Shown here: in pieces, positions 17,392 to 25,659 of the stretch
How the letters are laid out: each line of letters starts with the position of its first letter
How positions within the stretch are numbered: the first letter of the stretch is position 1
NCBI GenBank assembly: GCA_047286215.1
Contig: JBJBBS010000001.1
Coordinates: forward strand, 1,105,170 to 1,169,169
DNA from: Synechococcus sp.
GTDB lineage: Bacteria; Cyanobacteriota; Cyanobacteriia; PCC-6307; Cyanobiaceae
DNA: 64,000 nt
Direction of reading: 5' to 3'
The notes under the pieces: model-generated
What the model was told of the DNA's origin: nothing
Databases searched by the model: none
Seen by the model: only the letters and a program-made list of their open reading frames with translations
Translations under genes and position numbers: made by a program

Positions 17392-18773
17392 GGCCATCGC
17401 GTTCCACCGCGCCCTTTCGTCTGTTGCTGGGCTGTCTGGCAGTTCTCTCGGCCGTGGCTGTTGTGCAGCAGCAGGTTCTTCTGCGACGACCGCCTCGTTT
17501 GCAGGCTGTGTCGATTCAGCCGATTCGATCCGGAGCGGCGGCCTTGGACGTTGTGTTTAGCCGGCCGATGGATCAAGCCTCCGTGGCTGAGAGTGTTTTG
17601 GATCCTGATCTCGCTCACCGCTGGTTTGGGGGGCAGGACCGACTGCGCCTCCTTATTGCTCCGCAACAGGCGGTGCAAAATCCTTTGCGCTTGGATGTGT
17701 TGGGACGGGATCTCAGACAGCTGGCATTGCCGCCCCATCAACTCTGGTGGGATCCCAGACCCCATCTCCTTGCTGTTGTGCCGACCGCAGAGGGCGAGAG
17801 CCTGCAGATGCGTTTAAGGGACGGGCAATGGCGCCCCCTGGCACCTGAGCAACGGACCATTCTCCAAATTGAACCCCTGGGCAATGGTGCTGGTGTTGCC
17901 CTGGTGAGTGATGACGACGAGGCCCGTCAGCGTGTGCTTTTCCGCGCCTTGGATCAACGCGCCTTGAGCGAGCGTCAACGTGGCTTGGGTGACCCAGAAC
18001 TTGGAGTGCTTGAAGAGCTCGAATCTGGTGCTCCAGGATCCTTGCTGTTCGCTCATCTCAGCAGCAATCAGCGCGGTGATCTGCTGGTGCAACTTGGAGG
18101 CTTTGATCCAGAGATTGATCGCATCTGGATTCAGTCGGAGCAGCAAAAGACGCGAGCTCTGGAGCTCGAACCGAGTGGTGCTTTGCGTTTGCTTCCCGAT
18201 GGCAGTGGTTTGGTGATGCTGTCGTACGACGGTTTGGAATTGCTTTCGCTTGATGGCTTGAACGAGCCCTCCATGCGTCAGTCGCTGCCTGGACGGCGTG
18301 AGCTGAAAGCCTTCTGTTCCGGTTCCGGTCGAGCACTGTTGATTCGTCATTGGCCGGATTACAGGCGATCGATCGAGCTTGTGATTCCTTCCCGGCCGCC
18401 GCGCGAGGTGTGGTTGGGTGAGGCTGGCGTGATGGCAGCAGCTTGCGATACAGCTGGCGATCGGCTGTGGGTGGTGCTCAGAGAAGCGGGCCGCGGCACA
18501 GAGGATCGCTTGCTGCTCCTTGACAGTGAAGGCAACCAACTCACCAGTCGTGCCTTAGGCGAATGGCGTCTTACCTCAGGTGCTGAATTGGATTACGACC
18601 CGGTGAGCAACCGATTGCTCACCGTGGTGAAAACGTCGGATGCATCCAGCGGCCGGGTGGCATTGATCGACGCCAACAGCCTTGAACTTGAGGTGCTTAA
18701 CCAGCCGGCCGTGTTGGCGCGTTGGTTGCCTGCTGGCGGGACGTTGTCTGACGTTTCGCCCCTCTCTCGATAG
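17388..18773 (+). CDS. Membrane-anchored protein with an Ig-like domain and a probable beta-propeller
   Basis: N-terminal TM, 'LDVVFSRPMD' Ig-like motif, repeated beta-rich blades; 4-bp overlap with DUF1980 gene. Confidence 0.7.
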   Translation: MRPSRSTAPFRLLLGCLAVLSAVAVVQQQVLLRRPPRLQAVSIQPIRSGAAALDVVFSRPMDQASVAESVLDPDLAHRWFGGQDRLRLLIAPQQAVQNPLRLDVLGRDLRQLALPPHQLWWDPRPHLLAVVPTAEGESLQMRLRDGQWRPLAPEQRTILQIEPLGNGAGVALVSDDDEARQRVLFRALDQRALSERQRGLGDPELGVLEELESGAPGSLLFAHLSSNQRGDLLVQLGGFDPEIDRIWIQSEQQKTRALELEPSGALRLLPDGSGLVMLSYDGLELLSLDGLNEPSMRQSLPGRRELKAFCSGSGRALLIRHWPDYRRSIELVIPSRPPREVWLGEAGVMAAACDTAGDRLWVVLREAGRGTEDRLLLLDSEGNQLTSRALGEWRLTSGAELDYDPVSNRLLTVVKTSDASSGRVALIDANSLELEVLNQPAVLARWLPAGGTLSDVSPLSR

Positions 18774-18779
18774 GTTGAG

Positions 18780-18794
18780 TGGGAATCGTTCTCA
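18780..18794. promoter_or_regulatory. Zur/Fur-like box
   Basis: TGGGAATCGTTCTCA immediately before the ABC ATPase start. Confidence 0.5.
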
Positions 18795-19508
18795 TTGCCC
18801 ATGGGGGTTGCCCCCCTCGTTGCGCAAGGTCTCACCCTCTCCTATGGCGAGCGCACCGTTCTTGACGATGTGTCGCTCACGCTGCAGAGCGGCACGTTGA
18901 CAGCTCTAGTGGGTGCCAATGGTGCAGGCAAGTCCACGCTGCTGCACTTGTTGCAGGGTCGTCTCTCCCCCACCTCTGGTCAGGTTGCCTGCGATGGCAT
19001 GCCGATCCAGGGTTGTCGCGATCGGGTGGTGTTGATGCCTCAGCGCGGTCGGATCGACTGGTCTTTCCCCATCACCGTGAGTGAGTTCGTCGAGCTTGGC
19101 GCAATGTCCCATCGATCCTTTGGGTGTTGCGATCGCGAGGCGGCATTGCAACGGGTGGGTCTTGGTGCTTTGGCCGGCCGACGTCTGGATGCGCTTTCTG
19201 GAGGCCAGCAGCAACGGGCTCTTCTGGCACGCACCTTGGTGCAGCCTTCGCGTGTGTTGCTGCTGGATGAACCCTGTGCAGCCATTGATCCTCCAACGCG
19301 CGATCAGTTGTTGCTGCTCATGCGCCAGCTAGCTGATGCGGGTCAGACCCTTCTCGTTAGCAGTCATGACTGGGGAACGGCATTGGATCAATACGACCGA
19401 GTGATTGTTCTCGATGGCCGTGTGCTGGCCGATGGTCCCCCAGAACAGGTGCGCCAGCTGCTCGGACATCAGATCAATCCAGGAGCGCAGTGTCATGACT
19501 GCGCTTGA
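18795..19508 (+). CDS. Zn/Mn ABC transporter ATP-binding protein (ZnuC-like)
   Basis: GANGAGKST, LSGGQQQR, LLLDEP; C-terminal 'CHDCA'. Confidence 0.9.
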   Translation: MPMGVAPLVAQGLTLSYGERTVLDDVSLTLQSGTLTALVGANGAGKSTLLHLLQGRLSPTSGQVACDGMPIQGCRDRVVLMPQRGRIDWSFPITVSEFVELGAMSHRSFGCCDREAALQRVGLGALAGRRLDALSGGQQQRALLARTLVQPSRVLLLDEPCAAIDPPTRDQLLLLMRQLADAGQTLLVSSHDWGTALDQYDRVIVLDGRVLADGPPEQVRQLLGHQINPGAQCHDCA

Positions 19509-20277
19509 TCTTTGGTTGATCCCTTTGCTCATGGCGTTGCTTGTGGGCATTGTGTGCCCTGTTACCGGCACCTTGCTGGTGACACAGCGCCGAGTGCTGC
19601 AGGCCAACTTGATTTCCCATGCTGTGCTGCCCGGTGTGGCGATCGCTGTCGCGATGGGAATCGACCCAGCCATTGGCGGCGTCATCAGTGGGTTGCTGGG
19701 ATCCTTGATTTCTGAGCGCTTGCAGCGGGCGCAACCGGCCGGACAAGAAGCCGTGATCAACACCGTGCTCGCAGGTTTTTTGGGTCTCGGAGTGCTCTTG
19801 ATTCCGTTGCTGGATCTGCGCCTTGATCTCGAAGCCTTGTTGTTTGGTGATCTGTTGATCGTCGATTGGTACGACTTAACCCGGGTGTTGGTGGCTGCGG
19901 CGGCATTGTTGCTGCTGCTGCTCACCCGCTATTCACAGCTTGTTTTCGTTGGGGTGGACCCTGAGGGGGCCGTCGCAGCTGGATTGCCGGTCAAGACGTT
20001 GCAGTTGATTCAGGCCCTGGTGACCTCCATGGTGATTGTCAGCGCGATGGCCGCTGTGGGTGTGATTCTTGTGATCGGTTTGTTGTGTGCTCCCGTGCTG
20101 CCAGGGCTTTGGAGGGTGAGCAGTCTGCGGGCCGCGATGGTGCAGTCGGCGTTGACGGGATTGGCGTTGAGTGCTGTTGGCTTTTTGTTGGCCGTTCCAC
20201 TCAATTTGCCTCCAGGCCCCCTGATCGGCGTGGTTTGCATGCTGCTGCTCTACCTTCCTCGCCTCAGGCCGGCCTAA
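19495..20277 (+). CDS. Zn/Mn ABC transporter permease (ZnuB-like)
   Basis: 'LISHAVLPG', 'LEALLFGD', ABC-3 TM pattern. Confidence 0.9.
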   Translation: MTALDLWLIPLLMALLVGIVCPVTGTLLVTQRRVLQANLISHAVLPGVAIAVAMGIDPAIGGVISGLLGSLISERLQRAQPAGQEAVINTVLAGFLGLGVLLIPLLDLRLDLEALLFGDLLIVDWYDLTRVLVAAAALLLLLLTRYSQLVFVGVDPEGAVAAGLPVKTLQLIQALVTSMVIVSAMAAVGVILVIGLLCAPVLPGLWRVSSLRAAMVQSALTGLALSAVGFLLAVPLNLPPGPLIGVVCMLLLYLPRLRPA

Positions 20278-20300
20278 TCATGATGCGCTGGACGGCGTCG

Positions 20301-20319
20301 TGAGAATGATTATCATTCG
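20301..20319. promoter_or_regulatory. Zur box
   Basis: TGAGAATGATTATCATTCG, near-palindromic, about 20 bp upstream of the SBP gene. Confidence 0.75.
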
Positions 20320-20340
20320 TGGAGTTAAAAAAAGATTCTC

Positions 20341-21234
20341 ATGTCTGTCGCGGTCCTTACATCAGCAGCAGGGATGCTGGTGGCAGCGGCGGCCTCCACG
20401 CCCACCATCGTTGCCGCTGATGGCATCCTTTGCGATCTCACAAAGACGTTGGTGGCCAATGACGCCAAGGTGATTTGCTTGATCCCCGCTGGCGCGGATC
20501 CCCACACCTTGGCGTTGCGTCCTGCAGACCGCACCAACCTGGGAAAGGCCAATCTGGTGCTTCTCAACGGTTACAACCTCACCCCAGCATTGAATGGCGT
20601 CAAGGCGGGTGGGCCTGTTGTTTCGCTGGGTGAGATTGCCCTTCCGAGCAATCCTCAAAACGATCCCCATCTTTGGCACGACCCAGCCAATGTCGAGGCG
20701 ATGGCCAATGCCAGTGTTCTGAAGTTCAAGCCCTTATTCAGCGACCAGCAAATCGCAGCCATCAATCAGCGGCGTGTGGCTATGGCTGGCGTCTTGAACT
20801 CACTGGGTAGTTGGACGGCTCAACAGGTTGCGACGGTCCCTGAATCCCACAGGGTGTTGGTGACAGGACACCGGGCCTATTCGTTTCTTTCGAAGCGCTA
20901 TGGCATTCGTGAGCTGCCAGTGATCGATGAGTATGCGACAGGAGGTCGCATGCGCCCTTCCAGTCTCAACGCCATCAGCAAAGCGATCAAAGCCTCGGGA
21001 ACCAAGGTGATTTTCCCGGAAGCCTTGCCACCTTCCAAGACCATGCGGCGCATCAGTCGTGCCAGCGGGATTCCTTTAGCAAGCAAGGCTTTGGTCGCTG
21101 ACGGCTTGGCTCCTGGGGAAAGCCTGATCCAAACGGCAACAAGCAATGTTTGCACCTTTGTGGTGGCTCAAGGAGGTAGCTGTGATCAGCAAGCTGCTGC
21201 TCAGCTTCAGCAGCGTTGGTCTGCAATTCGTTGA
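20341..21234 (+). CDS. znuA: Zn ABC transporter substrate-binding protein (ZnuA-like)
   Basis: Three-His ligand set 'DPHTL', 'DPHLWHDP', 'GHRAY'. Confidence 0.75.
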   Translation: MSVAVLTSAAGMLVAAAASTPTIVAADGILCDLTKTLVANDAKVICLIPAGADPHTLALRPADRTNLGKANLVLLNGYNLTPALNGVKAGGPVVSLGEIALPSNPQNDPHLWHDPANVEAMANASVLKFKPLFSDQQIAAINQRRVAMAGVLNSLGSWTAQQVATVPESHRVLVTGHRAYSFLSKRYGIRELPVIDEYATGGRMRPSSLNAISKAIKASGTKVIFPEALPPSKTMRRISRASGIPLASKALVADGLAPGESLIQTATSNVCTFVVAQGGSCDQQAAAQLQQRWSAIR

Positions 21235-21278
21235 GTAACGATCACTTTTAAATCCGTTAATTCCCTTTTTATTTCGTG

Positions 21279-22394
21279 ATGAACACCTTCAAGTTTCGCC
21301 TGCTGAAAGCCGCTTCACTCCTTGCACTGCTTGCAGCTGGCGACTCAGCTCTCCAACAGGCGCGCGCGCACGGTTCTGCTGGGGGAGAAGAGCCTTTGCC
21401 TCCTGGAGAGTTCCGTGCCATTCCTGTGATCACCATCGAGGGTCACGGTGGTTTTGAGAACAATCTGGAGGGGCAACCTCAGCACTACGCCATCGATGGT
21501 CAATTTGGTGTGGTGTTGGAGTGGGGACTTCCTAATGATGGAAGTTTCGCGATTGAAGCGTCTCTCGGCCCCTCGCTTGTTTGGGGAGAGGCCGAACACT
21601 TCTATGGCCGTGTGCATGTTGAATCCGGTGATCATGGTGATCACGACGATCATGATGATCACGAGGAGCATGAAGATCATGCGGAAGATCATGACGACCA
21701 CGAAGGTCATGAGGATCATGCGGAAGATCATGATGATCACGATGAGCATGAAGAAGCTCACGGTGATCACGACGAGCATGATGACCATGAGGAAGGGCAT
21801 GGCGATCACGCCGGGCATGCAGGCCATGGCCATGGATCAGGGGCCCCTTTCCGACGCACGGACATCAAGGGATATCTCCAAGCCCGTTATCAACCCAATG
21901 ATCGATTGGAGTTGTCGATCGCTTGGATGCCCTATTACGTCACAGGCGAGGGCGAGGATTTTGGGACTGGACTCAAAAATGAGGTTGGCGCCAAGCTGGT
22001 CTATGCCTTTGGCGATGGTGATGTGAACTTCGCTCTGGGCGATGGCCTAGAGGATGTGATTGATGGTGTTTTTGTTTCCGTTGAAAACCGGACGGGTTGG
22101 GAAACGGACGGCACTTACATCGGTAATTACACCGACCTCTGGCCTGGCTTTGGTTTCAACATTGATCTCTTGAATATCACCCTTTCTGGTGGTCCTCGCT
22201 TCTACATGCCAGGGAGTTACTCGGGATTATCCCAGCGTACTGATTGGGGCGGTGAGATTGAATTGGAATACCCTGTGGCTGAGAATGTTTCTCTCTTCGC
22301 TCACTGGGAGCCTGTCTACAGCACCGAAGGTGGTTCAGGTTGGGGCGTCGGTTTCCAGCATCATGTGGGTACAGGCGTGACAATCGCGTTCTGA
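21279..22394 (+). CDS. His/Asp-rich exported protein, predicted outer-membrane beta-barrel
   Basis: Signal peptide ARA|H, amphipathic beta-strand pattern, internal ~70-aa His/Asp/Glu tract, terminal 'VGTGVTIAF'. Confidence 0.7.
   Translation: MNTFKFRLLKAASLLALLAAGDSALQQARAHGSAGGEEPLPPGEFRAIPVITIEGHGGFENNLEGQPQHYAIDGQFGVVLEWGLPNDGSFAIEASLGPSLVWGEAEHFYGRVHVESGDHGDHDDHDDHEEHEDHAEDHDDHEGHEDHAEDHDDHDEHEEAHGDHDEHDDHEEGHGDHAGHAGHGHGSGAPFRRTDIKGYLQARYQPNDRLELSIAWMPYYVTGEGEDFGTGLKNEVGAKLVYAFGDGDVNFALGDGLEDVIDGVFVSVENRTGWETDGTYIGNYTDLWPGFGFNIDLLNITLSGGPRFYMPGSYSGLSQRTDWGGEIELEYPVAENVSLFAHWEPVYSTEGGSGWGVGFQHHVGTGVTIAF
21621..21836 (+). repeat. Low-complexity (D/E)xH coding repeat with a ~39-bp internal tandem duplication
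   Basis: GAAGATCATGCGGAAGATCATGA near 21672 and GAGGATCATGCGGAAGATCATGA near 21711. Confidence 0.9.
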
Positions 22395-22425
22395 TTATTG
22401 ATCTCAGCTCTTCGGAGTTTTCTGG

Positions 22426-22469
22426 CCTCGATTTGCCCCCCTTCTAATTGGGCAGATCGGGGCTTTTTT
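22426..22469 (+). terminator. Rho-independent terminator
   Basis: CCTCGATTTGCCC / GGGCAGATCGGGG stem followed by a T6 run. Confidence 0.7.
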
Positions 22470-22631
22470 CTGACGTTTCATGCTTATTTTGTGGTCTGTT
22501 CACTGGCTTTGGGATCAGATTGCAGGAACTGTTTGATTGAATGATTGGATCGATAGGCCAAAAAAACTCCCGCCAATGTGTCTTGGCAGGAGCCTGAAGT
22601 GGCTGTGAGATCAGCTTGGTTGGATTGGTCG

Positions 22632-23267
22632 TCAGTCGACGAGAGCAACCCAAGAGAACGCCAAACCGATTCCGATCCAGATACCGGCACCAAGGCGTTG
22701 TCCCTGGCTCCCAAGACGTTCAATCAAGCCTTTCGACCAAGCGGTCACCACAACAAGCAAGGCACCCTGCCCCAATAGGAGCCCAAGGAAGTAAGTGGTG
22801 AGGGGTGTGGCTTCCGCTCCCACGATCGTGCTGCCCAGCAGGAATCCATGCAGTGCAATGAGTGGCAGCAGCCATGCCGCTGGAATCACAGTCAATGCAA
22901 TCAATCCTTCCGCCGCAAGACTTAGTGACACCAAGGCTTCCGCCCAAGGTGCCACGGCATCTGGAAGAGGAATGAACTGCGACAGCACGCTGCCGCCAAG
23001 CCCAATAGCGAGGAGAGGGAGTACCCACGCCAAAGGCCGCTTCAGGCCGATGAAGGCAATAGCCAGCAGAAAGAGCAAGTGGTCTGGGCCAAGCAGGGGA
23101 TGACCGATGCCGCTCAACAGGCCTTGCCAGGCCGTCAGGCTGGAGCTGTCGCCCATGCCGAAGGGGTGATGGGCGCTTGCGGGTGCAGCAAGGGAGGCAG
23201 CCAGCACAACTGGAAGTGCGACAGCGCTGACCCTTATCAAAGGCTTGGGTGTATTCAAAGTGAGCAA
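22632..23267 (-). CDS. hupE: HupE/UreJ family Co/Ni transporter
   Basis: ASA|HHP mature N-terminus, 'GIGHPLLGPDHLLFL', 'ALHGFLLG'. Confidence 0.9.
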   Translation of the reverse strand: MLTLNTPKPLIRVSAVALPVVLAASLAAPASAHHPFGMGDSSSLTAWQGLLSGIGHPLLGPDHLLFLLAIAFIGLKRPLAWVLPLLAIGLGGSVLSQFIPLPDAVAPWAEALVSLSLAAEGLIALTVIPAAWLLPLIALHGFLLGSTIVGAEATPLTTYFLGLLLGQGALLVVVTAWSKGLIERLGSQGQRLGAGIWIGIGLAFSWVALVD

Positions 23268-23289
23268 GTCGATCCTCGTCGATTTGAAG

Positions 23290-23412
23290 TTCTGGCGGGC
23301 GTTCTGACTTTCTCCACCGGTGGGAGGAGCTTCACAGCTGCGGGACAGTGACGGATTTTCACCGCGCTTTCCCCGTTTCCTTCAGCGGCTGACACCCGCT
23401 GAAACCAGACAT
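23290..23412 (-). promoter_or_regulatory. Cobalamin riboswitch
   Basis: Minus strand: AACGGGGAAAGCGCGGTGAAAATCCGTCACTGTCCCGCAGCTGTGA...AGTCAGAACGCCCGCCAGA (B12 box); P1 TCTGG/CCAGA. Confidence 0.9.
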
Positions 23413-24062
23413 TCTTTTGTAGCACGATGGCTTGTCGCTGAGGCTTTTTTTTACTTTCACCACTAAGGCTGTCAGGTTTTCACTTCACTGCATCTCTGAG
23501 TTCTGAATTGTCTTGATTGATGGTTGGTGGTTTTTATCGAATTACTGATTTAAACCAGGTTGATTGCCTTGCATTTCTGTTGCTCGTTCGGTGCATGAGC
23601 GTCACCTTTTTTCTCGGTTTTTCGTGGATTTTGTCTCCTGTTGATGATCCAATGTGATTGAGGCTGCAATTTGAGTGTTGTGCTGAGCGTTGGGCCATTG
23701 CAGCGCGAGGTAGGCCCTTGGGTGGATCGCCTTGGGAAGTGTTGTTCAAGAGCTTCACCGCCGACTCTCTGTTGGTGTGGCTGCTTTGGTGTTGTTGTTG
23801 AGAATGATGGCTGATGAACGGGGCCCCTCGAGCTGCTTGATCGGGGTTTTGGGTCAACGGCACTTGGTTGGCTCGATCCCGCGGGTTTCGATTCTCTGAC
23901 GCACAAGCTTTGGGTTGCTTGGAGGCTTGCCGGCTCGCATGAGGGGCAGGGATGGCTCGAATCAACCTGCCCAACTGGTTTTGGACGGTTGACGCGATCG
24001 AGCTGATCCAAACAAAGCTTGGAAGAAAGAAGGTGCTTTTTAGGGCTTATTGATACTGCTCC

Positions 24063-24117
24063 TGAGAATCGCTTGCATGAAGCGGGCCATGCCCCCTATA
24101 GTTGCACTCGATTCTCA
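24063..24117. promoter_or_regulatory. Pair of inverted Fur-family-like boxes
   Basis: TGAGAATCGCTTGCA (24063-24077) and TGCACTCGATTCTCA (24103-24117) are near reverse complements of each other. Confidence 0.55.
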
Positions 24118-24138
24118 ATAGCAGGATGCGTGCCATCC

Positions 24139-24744
24139 ATGACTCTCTCGGCTTACCGCTTTCTTCCTGATTCGCCAGTGGCATTGATGTCCATGCCGCG
24201 GCATCAAACCGTGCTGATCGACCCGGCATCGGCGGGTCAAGGCAGCATTCTTGAAGTGCACGAGGGGTTCTGCCGCGTGTATTGCCCCTGCGAGGACACT
24301 GAGGGCATGACCTTGGCTTTCCTTCAGGCAGGGGATCGGTTGCGCACCGATCGTCTTTGCAGCGAGGGCATCTGCGTTGAGGCGTTAACGGATTTGCGTC
24401 TTGCTCGCAGCTCTGCTTCGGACGACGAAGTGGGGCTGGATGCTGTGAATGAGTGGACGCTTCAATTGCTTCGTATTCGCCATTACGGCCAGGCCGAAAA
24501 GCGCCTTCATGCACTCTTCGCTTTATTGGTGAATCGGCTTGGCAAGCGTTGCAGTGACTGTTTCCAGCTTCCCTTCCGTCTGACGCATGACCGTCTTGGC
24601 GAACTCATCGGTGCGACGCGCGTGACCACGACGCGCCAGGTTTCGAAGTGGCGCAATCTTGATCAAGCCAATTGTTCTGGTGATGAGTTCACCATGAATT
24701 TCTCGGTCGAAATGATCAACTCGGCACCGTTTTCGCACCTTTGA
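24139..24744 (+). CDS. Crp/Fnr family transcriptional regulator
   Basis: cNMP-like domain 'GFCRVYCPC...TLAFLQAGD' and HTH 'LTHDRLGELIGATRVTTTR'. Confidence 0.9.
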   Translation: MTLSAYRFLPDSPVALMSMPRHQTVLIDPASAGQGSILEVHEGFCRVYCPCEDTEGMTLAFLQAGDRLRTDRLCSEGICVEALTDLRLARSSASDDEVGLDAVNEWTLQLLRIRHYGQAEKRLHALFALLVNRLGKRCSDCFQLPFRLTHDRLGELIGATRVTTTRQVSKWRNLDQANCSGDEFTMNFSVEMINSAPFSHL

Positions 24745-25034
24745 TGTTTTCCGTTCATGTTGGCGATACGAATTTGATGGTCTCGCTCTGTCGTGACCTT
24801 GATCAGTGTCGTCGTCGCAGTCTTCAAATTGAGTATCAGTGTGCTCAGGCCCTGAGCCGATGTCTGGTTGCTCGTCTTAGGTCGGAGCAGCGCAACTTGG
24901 CCGCGAGAGTGGCTGAGCTGCACAGGGTGGTGATGGAGATCCGGCGGTTCCAGGCATTGGAGTCGATGTCGGTTGCGTTTCTTGCTGAACTCGCTCGGCG
25001 ATCGCGTGGTCCGATGCAGTGCTCGCTCGGATGA
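24741..25034 (+). CDS. Helical hypothetical protein coupled to the Crp regulator
   Basis: 4-bp overlap; 'CRDLDQCRRR...FLAELARRS'; recalled resemblance to the Prochlorococcus PMM0805-type protein. Confidence 0.6.
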   Translation: MMFSVHVGDTNLMVSLCRDLDQCRRRSLQIEYQCAQALSRCLVARLRSEQRNLAARVAELHRVVMEIRRFQALESMSVAFLAELARRSRGPMQCSLG

Positions 25035-25231
25035 TTCGCTGAATCCAGTGGAGCGTCTTCTGCTCGTTCCGCGTCCTGTTGGCCTGCCTGCCAGGGCTAA
25101 GCGTGTGTGTCGCCGTGAAAGCCGGCCTTGCGATGTATCAAATGTGCATTCATCGTTCAATTTGCCCTTGAGTACAGGCTTTTTCAGGGATGCTCGCTGT
25201 AGAATGAGACGCATTCGCAGTAAGGCGAGCT

Positions 25232-25324
25232 GTGCAGCTTCCCAAGCCTCAAAAGAAAAAAGGGTGCAAGAAGTCCAAGTGCTCCAAATGGAAAGGTGGG
25301 CAGTGCAAGTGCGGTCGAGGTTGA
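25232..25324 (+). CDS. Putative 30-aa Cys/Lys-rich microprotein
   Basis: GTG start, MQLPKPQKKKGCKKSKCSKWKGGQCKCGRG*; AAGGCGAG upstream. Confidence 0.55.
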   Translation: MQLPKPQKKKGCKKSKCSKWKGGQCKCGRG

Positions 25325-25355
25325 TCCTGGCTGCAGCGCAATCATCCATTGGCGC

Positions 25356-25550
25356 TTAGATGCGCACTTTGCCGACCTCGGCTCTCAGGGGGGCCCGCCC
25401 CGTGCCGACAAGAATCGGTTGTCGGGTAAAAATTTCCACGCGGATGCCACTACGTGTCACCGCAATCACAGCCCTGCTGGCCACCAACGTTGAAATGATT
25501 ACAGCTGCAGGCCAGCGCCAAGCTGTGAGCAGGCTCATCGTTGCGTCCAT
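25356..25550 (-). CDS. Small hypothetical membrane protein
   Basis: 'WRWPAAVIISTLVASRAVIAV..SGIRVEI'. Confidence 0.6.
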   Translation of the reverse strand: MDATMSLLTAWRWPAAVIISTLVASRAVIAVTRSGIRVEIFTRQPILVGTGRAPLRAEVGKVRI

Positions 25551-25659
25551 GGAATCTTTTGACGTTTCTTCTTTCTGAATAGCAATCACTCGTTCCCCGT
25601 TCTTCGCGGCTCTTCGCTGGGGTGACGGATTAGGGACTTCCCGGCACGATGAACCACCC

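Noticed and set aside
21621-21836. Regularly spaced GATCA-containing repeats that might suggest a CRISPR or intergenic repeat array
   Set aside because: The units are 9-12-bp in-frame codon repeats encoding His/Asp; there are no unique spacers and no cas genes.
21345-22026. Long alternative-frame ORFs (21345-21833 minus, 21448-22026 plus) rich in Met/Ile/Val
   Set aside because: They are shadows of the His repeat in the real gene.
24663-25359. 228-aa minus and 128-aa plus ORFs
   Set aside because: They overlap Crp, its partner and the Cys/Lys microprotein, and have Arg/Ser-rich non-protein-like composition.
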